Below the pieces are notes generated by a model, which was given only the letters and a program-made list of their open reading frames with translations, was not told the origin of the DNA and searched no databases. 32,204 bases of DNA, taken from NCBI GenBank assembly GCA_013115145.1, contig JAAPAO010000407.1:1-32204 (forward strand). The letters run 5' to 3'. Of the stretch, positions 11,101-23,900 are shown piece by piece (position 1 is the first letter of the stretch; each line of letters opens with the position of its first letter). The position numbers were made by a program, and so were the translations under genes. Source of the DNA: Perkinsus chesapeaki ATCC PRA-425 (taxonomy: Eukaryota; Protista; Perkinsozoa).

Positions 11101-14100
11101 GGCCAATCGCGCAGATTGAGTTCGTGACCTGACCGGTAATATCGATCACGCGATCGATTGAGATGCTACTCACTCGCATGGTCATACACAGCATCAATCA
11201 AGTCCGCGGACCTCTCTGTGTCTCCGGCATCGGTTGAATTACAAATTTTTGACAATAAACCTGAAAGCTTATCACGGATGATTACAGTCAGAAATATCAC
11301 ACCTGTGAGTTGTATTGCATCTAAAACGTTCAGACGCGGAATTCTAGACCCTTCAGCGGCCCAGTCAAGTACTAGTAACGAGAGCCTTTCGGTTAGGGCT
11401 CCCCGAGCAACTTCGGCGAAGAGGACTGTCGTGGACAGGAACGCCTTGTGATGAAAATGAGCGATGAAAAGGCGGAGCGAAGCACTGACTCTTTCTGATA
11501 ACTTCTCTGTGGTCGCCAGTCTACACCATTGATCTTCACACAGCGCAACTAGCTCACGGTAGCCTCCACGGGATGGTCTAGTGATTAATCTGATAGAAAA
11601 AAGATAAAAACATTCAACATAGGTAAACCAGAGCACAGAATCCCGAATCGACCAAAGCTTGTGTTTTCAGCACGAATAGGCGTGCTTTAGTCCAGAGAAG
11701 GCAAGCAGTATTTGGTGATGTTTGGCATTCGAGCGGCTTACTTCTCATCCTGTCGCACTAAAGCAGATAAGATTTGATGAATTTGAATACTTGTCGCCAC
11801 GTTAGATCGGAGAAGTTCTGTCACCTGTTGTCAAAGACATGCGCGCAGGTTCGAATCCCACACCTTACATCATTTAATAATTCTTCCATGATGACTAGCA
11901 TTGTACGAATCGCCGACATATGCGTTATTGCTGCAGTCGATAGTTTTAACTGATGGAAAAACCATAAAAATTTAGCGGCAAATTGCAAGAGCATTGAATT
12001 GAACCCTCAACCTTTTTCCTCATACACGATAACCGAAACTATTCAACCACATACACTGAGATGTTGAATAAATAGCGTGGAGTTCATTCCAAGAAGTGTT
12101 TCCAAGAGCACGGCTATCACCTCGGCAGATCAATCTCTTTAAGCCTTAATGGACGTCTATCGAAAGGTCGGCTATTAGGCATTGATTTGAATGGTTTTGG
12201 AGCACAGCATGACCAAACAGTGAGCTGACGTTTCGTTAAAACACTCTGGATGGGTTCATCAAGTCCTTTTTACGCACAAAGTTGAGTATGATTAAAAGAC
12301 TACAAAGCATAAGTGCTTACTTTCTGACTGGCGCTTCGCTCCGCTAAGATTTTTGCTCGTAATCCTTTGCCCAGTGTTTTCAATATCTGCGTATCTTTAT
12401 AACTTGTTATTGCCATGCAGTGTAACACCTGAACAAGTGCAAAGTGTTGCAATCTGACAAAGATTCTTTCAAGGTTACCTCGACAACCTCACTGCCGCGC
12501 CAGTCACCACCAACTATAACAGAACGAACACACTCTAATAAATACGGGAGCTCCGATGGCCGACCGCGCGCCACAGAAATCATAAGTCTTGTCCAATCCC
12601 GCGCTTGAGGGGCTCCACCAAGCGACAAGAACGCCGTCAAGATCCTTTCGCAGTTGTCACCATTGAGCGCGCCAATTTCCTCAAGGCTCTCATGAGTCTG
12701 TGCAAGCTGCGCAGCATTCATTGACGGTATCAAATCATGCAGGCGATTTAGCAAGGCTCCCCGGGTGGATTGACCGAAGGATGTCTTAGTAAGGGAACTG
12801 AGCGCTATCGGATAGGATGCATTATCAAGCTCTGGAACTCTTGAGTGTAAACAATCAACCAAGTTGTTTATAATGTTATCGTTGGAAGATACGCCAGCGC
12901 GCACTGTGAAGAAATTGAGCAGCATAGAGATATCCAATGGGCTCGCTGAATTTAAGAGTACTGAAGAGGTGCCGGAATTCAGATCTCGGTGGATTGTGTC
13001 CACGAGTTGGTTTGATAAGGCCGAGCCTGGCAAGTCGCCGACTGTTCGCAATATTGTACCTTACACAAATAAGGTATCTTAAAACCTACACAGTGCGGTG
13101 CTCTACTGGTTAATCCTAATCTTTTGTCTATGAGAAGTATAATTGTAAAATAGTAACTATGCCAATAAGTCACTGCTGAGCCTATCATCAGCCGCCGAAT
13201 GCTCACTGAATTAGAGGAATCTATTTCTCTGATTGAAACTAGAATGTTCGAAGATACGTGCTCCACTATTCATTGATGCAGCAGAGTTGTATCTTTGCTT
13301 GAAGCACGACCATAACAAATATAGCTCAGTAAGATCTACAATTGCTACTTACATGCAGTTCGCGTTGGAATATGACTCAGACTCGTTCGATTAAGACGAT
13401 CGAGAATCTGAGAAATGATGCTCATTTCTATCCAACCCTGAGTGAGTTGCCCTAGCCGTCTTCTATAAGCCAGTGGTTGAGACTTTGAGATCCCTGGGCG
13501 TAAACGAGGCGACAGTTGAGGAATGTATGGGGATAGTTGAACAGAAATGGACGGAGGAATACACAACGACTTTAAGGGAGAGGATATTTTCAGTTTCTTT
13601 GCTTTTAGAGGGAGGGTAACTCTTTGAAGTACATAGCAGTCAAGCGGAAAGAACCATTCAAGTCGGAGCTCACTTTATCCGTGTAAATGTTCACGGTTGT
13701 CTGCAATGCCGGATTCCGAATTCGAGATAGTTTTTGTAGAGTCTGTGACAGCTTCACCGCTTCTCTGGATGATTCCACCAATCTTGATAAAACCTGATTA
13801 TCAAACGAGCTCTTTTGCGATGAAGGAAACTGCCTAGAGAAGTTCACACCATTAGACTCCATCGCTGATATAGGCAACAGTGAAAGAATTCTGGAGCTTC
13901 GCCAAGGAATCTCATCGGGGATGTATCCACTACACAAGACCTCTACCATACTGAGCATGCATTGACATCATAGACTGGGAATCAATGTTATCAAAGAACC
14001 ACATCAAGGAGGAAAAAGGGTGTAAAAAGGACAGAGAGAATTCACATTTTACTAGGTCGCAGGGATTGAGCACTGAGCACCAGCAAGTGATGGGTAGCTA

Positions 14101-15083
14101 TTTTGGGACGGCGTATTCGGCAGTGAAACGGACGTTGACCAACCATCTCCACAGGAGGAACTCACCACTTCACACGCCTTTACTTCGCCTCGGCCAACGA
14201 GCTCATCAAACTAAAACAGGCACGCAGGTTCGATCCGCGGTCGAGGCGTTTTATCTTACTTCTTTGGAAAGTGCATGGTAGTTCTGCTTGGGCTTGAAGG
14301 TTCTAGGCAACTCCGCTCCGCCTGCAATCCCAAATTAGAAAGCCCCAAACTTAGCCCTTACTTATGGTTAATTTCGTTATTGCTTGTCTGGGAAGCCTTA
14401 CCGACATAGGAGAATTATTGATAAACAAGAAAGCGCTGCAGAAGCACGTGAGCTGTTGGAGAGGCTCATCAAATTCTTGAATGCCCGCGTGATGACTTAC
14501 TTCAATTTTATAAAGCGATAACTGCACTGATAGGCTCCAAGTAGTGAAATGCAGCTTGCTCATAAAACCTTGGTGTAATTTAAAGCACAAAAACATTTTC
14601 GGAGGAAACAAGGAACTAACGTGAAGGTTGCGCACAGCGAAGGATTCTGGAGTAAATATAATAGGTATGGGTAGACACACTGAGCGTCTATATACGGACA
14701 AACAGTACAATCAGTGATCGGTGAGGATCTGTAAATCGATCGATTGATCGATATGTGACTATTGAGACAGTCTCTTAACGTCGCTTAACAACAACTCTTC
14801 TTGCTGGATCGAATGCATCGCTTGGAACACCACGGGAATCTGAAAAGTGTGAGATGAGCCAACTGTCCCTCTATCACAGATGTATATTAAATGGTGGGAG
14901 GCTTGGACGAGGGACTGCTTGCCGAGCAGTGGAGACATATCAATGAAAATTTACCACGCCGAACCCACAGAGCGTAAATCCATGCTTACCGGCGAACCCA
15001 CGCGAAGGATATGCTTGTTTGGCGAGGTCGTTGGTACTTCGCGAGGTCCTCATCGTTGTGTGTCTTAAAATGACTGAGCTCAT
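8186..15083 (-). CDS. Large multi-exon helical-repeat protein with C-terminal RAP-like domain (FASTK/OPR-type organellar RNA-binding protein)
   Basis: Leu-rich helical exons at 13605-13958, 12407-13051, 11166-11636, 9410-9800 and 8679-9215. Last exons MVAIEV...DGTRVVRRLSLLLNRGWKIVMIRPSE resemble the RAP consensus (IAIEV...RRLL...GWKV..I). Putative R/S/T-rich presequence MSSVILRHTTMRTSRS. Several junctions were checked in frame by eye. Confidence 0.6.
9853..9924 (+). tRNA. tRNA-Ala(CGC), intact, identical to 6903-6974, antisense inside intron 9801-9931 of the RAP gene
   Basis: Same cloverleaf as the first copy. The flanking minus-strand exons join in frame (IQYR|NFPTLTGAF). Confidence 0.95.
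10269..10469 (+). repeat. Left terminal inverted repeat with outer and inner direct repeats (AAAATAATATGACCTC)
   Basis: The 16-mer occurs at 10281-10296 and again at 10454-10469. Confidence 0.9.
10513..10719 (-). CDS. Truncated transposase N-terminus (HTH DNA-binding domain only, 68 aa)
   Basis: MPKAKALSPRTKQLTRAMW...KYTHEEIGKSHGVTRQCVSTIL fits the Tc1/mariner-like N-terminal HTH pattern. It lies between the TIRs and no DDE domain is present. Confidence 0.65.
   Translation of the reverse strand: MPKAKALSPRTKQLTRAMWDEQLPDGKRKYTHEEIGKSHGVTRQCVSTILAKSDTNPVSFSSLSNVSR
10753..10953 (-). repeat. Right terminal inverted repeat
   Basis: Reverse complement of 10269-10469; GAGGTCATATTATTTT occurs at both ends. 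Confidence 0.9.
11841..11869 (+). pseudogene. tRNA 3'-end fragment (Ser/Leu-like T-arm), antisense in 44-nt intron 11825-11868
   Basis: GCGCGCAGGTTCGAATCCCACACCTTACA; flanking minus-strand exons join in frame (EELLND|VTELLRS). Confidence 0.55.
14221..14252 (+). pseudogene. tRNA 3'-end fragment plus TTTT, antisense in 49-nt intron 14211-14259
   Basis: CACGCAGGTTCGATCCGCGGTCGAGGCG-TTTT; exons join YHALSKE|FDELVGRG. Confidence 0.5.
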
Positions 15084-15306
15084 GAAACCAGAAGGCTCTG
15101 GGATAGGACCTGATGCATCAACTCAAGCATCATAAAGTCTTCTAGTGCGACTAAATCGCGGCAATGTGGATACTTTACAATATCTCAGAGAACTGCGGTA
15201 CAAACGCCTATACCCCCACTTTTCTGGGTACCGAATAAAGTCCGCAAAATTCGGAACAGCTAATGCGAAATTCTTCAAATTGATTTCTACGCCCAAAATA
15301 CGAATT

Positions 15307-18300
15307 TTACAACCGAGTGCGAATTTCTGAGAGGGCTTGTGGAACATAGCATGGAAATAGACTCACTTTCACCAATGCTTTGTGGACTCGACTTCTCTTC
15401 AGTGTCATCGTCGCTACCGTGAATCTTTGCTTTAGCCGCGGCAACCACTTTAGCGACCTTATCAGCAGGCATATCAAAATGCATCTCGGGAGTGGATTGC
15501 CTAAAAAGCTAATCGATCGCATGATCGATATTATGAAGCGCATCCAACCTCTGCGTTCTGTGGTGGGACCCATTCCTGAAATGGTGACTCTTGTGGCTTC
15601 TCTGTGTATCCGTAGACAGCGTGACGACACCTAAGTCAACGTAAGTAAGGACAAAAATTTCCGCTTTCTGCGATCAGTTCTAGTTTGTCAATACTTTGAT
15701 GAATTGCCAGGAAGCTCAGCCAAGTTACGCAATATTAGATTCTCTTATTTTTTGATCCGCAGCAGGTAGGTCAGAAAAAGACTAACTTTCTCCGAGGGCA
15801 CATAACTTGACGATGCTGCTGTTGACAGATTCCATCGTAAATGTATGCATGTGGAGACCCAGGTATCGACAAGTGAAGGAAGATTAGCGCAACTCACCCC
15901 CAGATGGTTTAGCATCGAGAACCGCCCCTGCCGAAGTGAGGCCATCTCGGCAACATAATGCACGAATTAACAACGATGCAGCGACAAGTGCTACAACCTG
16001 AGGAAGAAGGGAATGGGAAGATTCTGGAGATTTGATAGATTTAGAAAAAACACTTTTCTGTTGACTTACTATAATAACAACAACATAAGCTACCCAAGTA
16101 AAGTCAGATGAAGGCGAAGGCTTCACTTCAATTGTACATTCGCCTTGGACCATGCAAACCCAAGCTGAAAAGGAAAGGAATGTGCAGGAGAGAAATTGGT
16201 GAAAATTCAATGAAAAAAGGCAGAAAATATAGACAGAGTTAAACATAAGCAGCAGTGACAAAATAAAGGAAGATACTCAACTTCAACCTTATTCCTGTCC
16301 AACACATGTGGACGCTCGTTATATAGGGCGAATGCAGAAAATTATGTTACGCAACTATAAGAAACAAACTGGAGGAATAAAGAACTTTCAGAACGGCAGG
16401 CTTTCTCTTTTGGCAATACAAACATAGTGGGCTATGTTCGATCGAGAGACGATATTTCTTGGCGAGTGACAAACTTACTTCCATCTCTTGAATTGCAGTC
16501 TTGTTGAACTTGTTGAAAGATACTTCCGTCCCAGTTAGTATTTGAATTACAATCTGCCGCTGACGGATACGTCCCATAAAGATACCACGCAACATTAGGA
16601 ACTCCACGAAGGACCATGAATGCCATCTTATCTGTTCCTTTGAGACTGAAAAATGATCATTGACGCATGCGTGCAGGAAGATATCTTCGGGTTGCGGTTG
16701 GCAAGTTGAAAACCATCCTTGGGTTAAGGAAAGGCAGACTTAACATGTTAAACATAATAAAGTACATAGCGGTATACCAGAATAAAAAAGACCAAGTACG
16801 ATTTTATAGTCAGAATTCGGCAAACTTCAAATTCGGATTTCGCCGCTTAGATAGGAGGAAATGTGACCATCTCTCCCATTCGATGAGGCTTAAACCAAAT
16901 TACTAAATTTACCGAGGAGTTTTTCTGCGAGCAAGAACGAATTTTCCAATCAAACAATTGAGAACCTTAGAATGATCCTTACTTGGTATTCCGACACTCC
17001 AACGGTGTCATTGACATTGACCAGACAAGCTTTCCTTCATCAAACTCTTTTATACAATAATCTTCATAGTAACCTTCATCTAAATAGGGGATCGGTTAGA
17101 TCGATGATCGAAAGATTCGTCATGTACACCTACCAGCTTGGGCTATTTTAGGATATCCCATAGTGTAATCCTGTGAATGGTCCATGTGAGACCAAACGTT
17201 ATTACCAATCATATCAGAACATGCACTACGGGAGAATTGTGCTATACGACTGAAGGGGGCTGCATCGGCTGAGAAATGATGAATATACAGCATTTTAAAA
17301 GGTTTGTCACCATGTCATTTGTAGGTAAGAGTTTTGCTATGTAATAATTCCAAACGAATCAAGTCAAAATTTCATTTGGTATTTGAATAACCTATAACTA
17401 ATGGAACGCGGCATTCATGAACACACACACAATTAGCAACCGTTTATAACGCCGGTCATGGAACAAGCGGTCTACACCGTTGAAGAGGCCAAGCCGGCAA
17501 TGCCATTAATCGCCCGGCTCGCCCCGTTGCTCCTGCTCGAGCAGCAATGTGGCTCTAAAGGTGTTGAGGTAATAGTAGTAGTATCTGGAGTAGTAGTAGA
17601 GGAGCAATAAGTGACTGGGTTATGGCGAATAACGGTAACATGAAGAATAAAACAGGCAGCAAGCCGAACTCTTACCGCTAACGCACCTTTGCTCGTAAAA
17701 GGGCACTGGCTCTGCTGGCAGCGTCCTGCCAACCGACCCATGATCAACGGAAATTCCATACATTGAACAGTTCAGTCTGAACTCACTGCATCGACCACTG
17801 ATTGGTCGAAAGGACCAACTCTGTTTGGCTGGTTTCCATATTGAACACTGTAGTAGACTGCTTGAGATAAGCAGGGAAGCGTATCAACATGGCACAGGCT
17901 CTCATGATTTCAGATGACTCTTAACTTCCATTGTTTCGTTCCCGCCGCGGCAATATTGCCTGTAGGGTGCCCTCCATATACGCAATCCCCTTTGGAGTCC
18001 AAATTTTGGAATGTGAAGCTTCGGGTGCAAATTTTGGGTCTGAAGGTTTATATTCCAGTGGAGTCAGGACGCCAGTGGAATAATTCTACTAATGTCTTGA
18101 TTCGACCCTCATTGCGAAGTCCACACTGAGCTACTACCGCTACTGCGCTTATAAAGGTCCTTCCACGAGATATCAGACCTGAAGCTTAAGGACTCTTAAT
18201 AACTCGTTGCCCAAGTTCAGAGCCTGTGAGATGGACTCCACAGCTTATGGCATGATCAGGGCCGCGGGATGCCATGTACAACTAGCTTATAATGCTTTAT

Positions 18301-20519
18301 TTTTCTACGAAAATTGAGCCCGAGCGTCGAAATAAATTCATGCCATGAACTTTTACAGACGAAAATACATCTCTACAAAACAACCACGTTCGCTCAAGCG
18401 CTCATCCACAATTTCCAGGCCGATGCTTCCGTGCCGGAAGTACTTACTTGTATAACTAAAACTGCAATCGAGAAGAGAGGACACTTCGCTCTCGTACGAA
18501 CCTGAAGACATATACTATATTCTAGTTCATTGGGGTATTTTAATCCTCAATATATTCGGCAAATGCCACACCTACATGAATCTAGATACATATAGAGTGT
18601 GCAACCTCAGTCCGGTAAACCACTTACATCTGAGTGTTTCGAACATCGAAACCTCGGTAACATTTCCTGGCGCGCTAGAATCGATCGGGAACCCCTCAAA
18701 GTCAACTATTGTAGTTGGACCAGGGTCGCTGCTGGTGAATGCTTCCGCTGAGGGGCTGACAAAAAAGAGATGAAAACATGTTCGAATTTTCTCTTTGTAG
18801 TCGGGAACAATCGGAGAATATCGGAATTCTTAATATTGAAAAAAAGAGAAACTTCGATTTTGTTTTCATATTTTGCAACGTAGATCGTATTTCTTAATTT
18901 AAGAACGACGCAAGTATATCGCTTTTGAACTGAGTTCATTCAAAGTAACTTTCTGTTCTGTTTGCCGCGCAAAGGAAGAGGTACGATATACTGAAGGGGG
19001 CAACAGCAATAGTTTTCTTACTTGTTCAATGGATAGTCGACACGCTTTAGCGCCGTAAGAGAACTTCTTGATTCCGAATTAAGTTGGACAACCAAGCCCC
19101 CTTGAGTAAGCATATCAAGATTGACTGGCGGATTCATGGGGCCTGTTAGGTCCCAAGGATCATAGTTACTCGGGTAGGCTGAAAAACGCCTCACTTCAAA
19201 TCGATCGATTGGAAGGCTTACCGAAAGGAACATCGACCAACATCAAATACTCGCTTTGTGAACAATATATCCCATGTGTTGTTGAGTGCTCCGGACTACT
19301 ATACCTGATTGTGCACTGAAAATCCTTAGCCAGTCGCAGTGCAAGGAATACCCACCACTGAGATCCCCTCTGCCACTGAACTGGCCCGTCCTTTGAGTCG
19401 TTGATGAAAAACTGCAGATCGGCATCACGGCCACTTTTGTCCATCGTTGGCAGGAATGCTAGCACCTCGTCGTCGCCATGATAACGTGTAAGAACCTATA
19501 GTGAAATAACATATGCAGGATTCGAACTTGCGCGGATTCCATGCGCCTGGCTTACACTGAGACCGGGCGGAGGGCTGCCTTCTCGGGCCACGACGGACTT
19601 CAATAATTTTGTGACGCCGATATGACACTCGCCGGGACTGACGAACTGGATCAAACCGTCCGAGTACCTGAATACATCGTGTGAAAAGCAAACTTGGTCA
19701 CTTTTTACTCGACGCTACTGGCAAACTTACTCGACGAGACCATCCGGTCGGCCGGCGTCTGTTCCACAATTATAAACAATTCTCCCTTCTGGATGGGAAG
19801 CATTCTGGATATAGTCAAAGTAGAGGCCAACATAGGATCTGTTACTGGTGCCGTAAATATAGGCATACCTGATACGTGATAGAATTGCTAACGAAGTTCA
19901 GCTACTAGAAGCGCTCCTCTTCGAATTGGCATCATTTATACGTAATTTAATGCATACCACTGATATAGCATATCTCCGTAAAAAATCGATCGGAATGTTT
20001 CGATATGCCAACACACCAGGTTGAGAACGAGCAACATTTCGTAGGCACACTTGTATGTGTTGCTGCAAAGTACGAGAAGACTCACAAGAAATTATCGCCT
20101 CCTGGGTTGATGATATTCCCCATGATTCTCAATAAACTCCCCGACTGCCACGCTTCCAGTGGTGTCTTAGGTATTGACGGTGCTTCTGTAGACGGAACTA
20201 AAACAATGACCAGGAATTGAACCCACGACCTCCAGATACATAGCCGAAAATCTTACCATTAGACGATATCGTCGCCTTTTCGGCCACTACAAATTTGGAC
20301 AAGAGCAATACAGCGAGCACGGTATGTAACAACATTTACACTCTGAAGCTCCTGCCACCCAAACCGCCTTATACAAAATAGTAACAACTAATTCACAGAA
20401 CAACTTGCCTTTATAAACTCAACCATAATTGCGAATCGCGTAGCGAAACCTCACTCGGTAGAGTGGTACACACTGAATAGGAACATTAGAAAGATACGAA
20501 GGTACGAAAATACATACAT
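15307..20519 (-). CDS. Large multi-exon type I membrane protein, paralog 1 (signal peptide, Cys-containing ectodomain, one TM, cytoplasmic tail)
   Basis: Exon chain by eye: MYVFSYLRIFLMFLFSVYHS...TPLEAWQSGSLLRIMGNIINPGGDNFL...GTSNRSYVGLY...YSSPEHSTTHGIYCS...TIVDF...SSLLDCSFSYT...MIGNNVWSH...VAWYLYGTYP...DCNSRDGSK...WVAYVVVII/VVALVAASLLI...HFDMPADKVAKVVAAAKA...ALSEIRTRL. These blocks are collinear with paralog 2. Confidence 0.7.
19514..19533 (-). pseudogene. tRNA T-arm-like fragment in 60-nt intron 19496-19555
   Basis: Minus strand CGCGCAAGTTCGAATCCTGC is close to the Ser-type CGCGCAGGTTCGAATCCTGC. The match is short. Confidence 0.35.
20203..20273 (-). pseudogene. Degenerate near-full-length tRNA (Glu/Asp-like) ending at the 3' splice site (20198)
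   Basis: GACGATATCGTCTAATGGTAAGATTTTCGGCT...GGTCGTGGGTTCAATTCCTGGTCATTG-TTTTAG. A-box and B-box are recognisable but the stems are broken. Confidence 0.6.
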
Positions 20520-20983
20520 ATATAGTAAATGATGGACGAAGAATAGACTTAGGAATCTTGCTCCACTTGCATTTCCTCAACGCTGACGAGATGAATGTGC
20601 TTCTTTATGGACCCTTCTGCTGTTGAAGCCGGGCGGCCAATCTTTCAATAGAAATTCGGAAGATTAAATCTTAGGTGTTCGTCTGACGACTACCCTATAA
20701 GAGGAATCTAAGGCGCCTCGAGGCAATCTTGACGGATCTGAAACAATTGAACAATTAAAAACGGAGTAGTTGCTACTATGAGAAATAATTTATTCCTTAT
20801 AGAGGACGCAATGAGAATCATATACTTTCCGACAGTCCTCCTAATATTGCGTTATATTCCTTTGGTCGTAGCTGAGCACTGCAAGGCAGGTTTGAACTGT
20901 TAATTTCATCACTTAAAAAATGTCACAACTCACTATTCTAGCTGGACTCTATCAGATACACGCCAAATGACATTTCTTCGAAT

Positions 20984-23900
20984 TCATTCCATCATAACAG
21001 GCTCACCAGTGAAATGAACGGAAGTGTTTCTGCCACTATCGTCGTCACTGCTGTTACCGTTATTGCTACCGAGGCGCCATCCCGAGAATATATTCCAGTC
21101 ACTCCGAGAAGTCACGTTGGAGCCTAGTAAAAGAAAATATCAAAACCTGAAACGCTTCGCTCCGCCTTATTGTCACTTGACTGTGGAGAACTGCCTCGGC
21201 TGTCATTGGAACTGGTAGCTGATCCCGATGAACCTTCTGGATGCATTTGAGCCTTCGCGGCGGCCAGCACTTTGATAACCTTCTGCATTGGCATACCAAA
21301 ATGAGAGTCGGTAGACATACTTCTGAAAGCAGACGATAAATGTACGTATGAGAAATAATAAAATCTCTGGAACGTCGACAACTCTGGAAGAGGCCCAGAT
21401 TGAGCCGATGAAGTTGGAGAGATTGCTCCACGAGATTGCACTAAAAAGAGTTGTAGAGTTTGTGGAACTCAGCATCAACCTGGTCACTTGAGGAAAACGG
21501 GAGAATGCTGGACAGGCAAATGAATAATTGAAGTAATGATATTATATGATTCCTATACCCATACCGTAGACCTAATAAGTCAGCACCCTTCAGCAAGCAA
21601 ATGATCGGGAAGCACCAGAAGGGCCCGGGCTCAAGTTCTTTCCTTAATGAGAAATACTCCGTACCGACGACGAAATGATCCGTTTGCGCTCAATACGCTC
21701 CTTCGGGATTTCATCAAGTATCCACATTGACGAACAAGACCGTTTGTCAAGTCGACACTAAGCAATCGAAGAAGCACGCCCACCCACCTCTGAGAAGATG
21801 TATTTTTCCCGCGCGCCCCAGGGCTCTGCAATTTCGGTATCTGCCGAGGACCAACTTGATCTGCAGCTGAAGATTCCAAATCCGCTGCTCCCGATGGTAA
21901 AATCAATACACCTTAAGAATAGGAATCTTTTTGCACGCATGCTCAAGCCCACCATCAACGCCCATAGGTTCGGCCTTGGCTGCAGCACCTGCCGCAGTCG
22001 CACCACGACGATCCATATAAGCTCGAGTGCCCAAGAACACAGCTACCGTCATGGCAACCTAAAGATACGTCGATTGAGTTACACTCCATATCACATTTAT
22101 CTAAAACGTGGACTCTTGGCAGGAGGCTTCTTATTTTCACATCACCAATTGAATGTTAAATTCAAATGTGAAGCACCAGTAATAGAAAGTATCGGTGTGC
22201 CCAGATTATACAATTCGTATTTATTGCTGATTTTTATCAAGAAAAAGTATTCATTACACTTTTGTCAAATTATATTAAGAAAATTAGCTCCTAGTGGAAA
22301 TCCAATATTTTTAACGTTTCCTCGCGGCGACCCTTGCCGGACGTAATAAGGTCGTTTGTGAGATTTATAATATTCAATTCACAGCTTACCAAAGTAATGA
22401 CAAGATAAGCAATCCAATTATAATCGGGCGAAGTCTCTGCTTCCACCTCCAACTGACATTTGCCTGGTGTCATGCACGCCCAACCTAACAACAACGACAA
22501 TAGATCCTGGCTCTAGTGAAAAACATTATTACGAACAACTAATCACACCATCCCAAAGAGAAAAGTACAGGGATTCAGAATACGTATTATACTGTTTCAA
22601 ACGTTTGTTACCTAAGTCTTGCTCGCCCGAAAATTTGCGCACTTTTTACCAAGTGTACGGAGTGTGAGAACAATGGGCGAATAAAGGGATGATAATTGCC
22701 AACATTTATGGAAACAATCCCGCTGGTGATAATTTTGACAAGCTTACTTCCGTCTCGAGAATTGCAATCGGATTGAACTTGAAAATACAAATCACCATCG
22801 AAGTTGCTATCAGTTCGGCAGTCCTCTATTGTCGGATATGATCCATAAAGATACCAAGCAACATGGGGCACACCTCGCAGAACAACGTATGAATTGCTGT
22901 CCGGGCCGTCGAAACTAAATTTAAAAAAATCAAAGTCATCTGAAGAGGTACACTTACTCCGAATTTCGACACTCTAGGGGTCTCATCGTGAGTTGCCATT
23001 GTAGCTTTCCCTCAGTGAACTCCTTCACACAATAGTCATAGTAATACGCCGGATCTGAAGGAAAAAGGGATGCGCCTGGATTCGAACCGAAGACCTATTC
23101 GATTATAAAGTAACACCCGGATGAACTTTTTAAAGTTCTGAGAATTTCTCCCGTAGTTCTGAAGCCTCTGATTTCAATAGCAGTAGTTCATGTACCTGGA
23201 CGATATTTAATTACTCCATGACCACCTATTTCACACACTAGGATCCATGCATGCGAATGCAACTAATATTGACGCAATAACACAACTCAATCAACCATCC
23301 ACACCCTTCAAGTCCATGACAATTTAAAGGGTTGTGGTGGTAATATTTCCCATCTCTCTTGAACGGCGCTATGTGCCTAATTCCTACGTGTCATTTATTC
23401 CATCAGGTATACCGAAGCATGACTAGTCTATTGTTGATAACAATAAAGCATATAACGATAATACAACTAATAAGATAACTAAAATACATTCCCGCCGGTT
23501 GTCCGATTATATTCAAGGATCTTACGTTCGTAAACCTTAAATACAATAAAACAGCCACCGGCTACCAACAAGTGAGCCGAATTGCGGCGTTCCCCAATTC
23601 TCACCAGCTTGTAGAATTTTAGGATATCCCATGCTGGGATCTTTTGATTGGTCAGCGTGTGACCAAACATTGCTTCCTATCATATCTTCGCAGGTTGTCC
23701 TTGAAAATTGTGTCATCCTACTGAAGGCTTGAGCGTCGGCTAAATAACAACAACAACTTAACAATATTCCTGTCAAACGGACGTACTTGTATAGCTATAA
23801 CTGCAGTCAACTAGAGATGACCAGGCACTTTCGTAGGTACCTATCAGTAGGATACTCTCAACTATCTTGAGCCAATAAGCATCTTGCATGGGTTGAGCTA

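Noticed and set aside
14187-14248. GCCTCGG...TCGAGGC pairing like a mini-tRNA acceptor stem
   Set aside because: The 5' strand lies in a coding exon of the opposite-strand gene and there are no D or anticodon arms.
19534-19600. Apparent 5' half of a tRNA-Ser (GTCGTGGCCCGAGAAGGC) joined to the T-arm at 19514-19533
   Set aside because: It is coding sequence (VVAREGS) that aligns with the paralog exon, so the resemblance is probably chance; only the intronic T-arm was kept, at low confidence.
20816-20970. Plus-strand signal-peptide-like MRIIYFPTVLLILRYIPLVVAEHCKA with a following GT-AG intron
   Set aside because: It stops within about 10 codons after splicing and runs into the opposite gene's 3' end; support is insufficient.
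23866-23875. TTGGCTCAAG (minus strand), the 3' end of the perkinsid/dinoflagellate spliced leader
   Set aside because: Only 10 nt match, the upstream bases do not, and it lies inside an intron; not callable as an SL RNA gene or relic.
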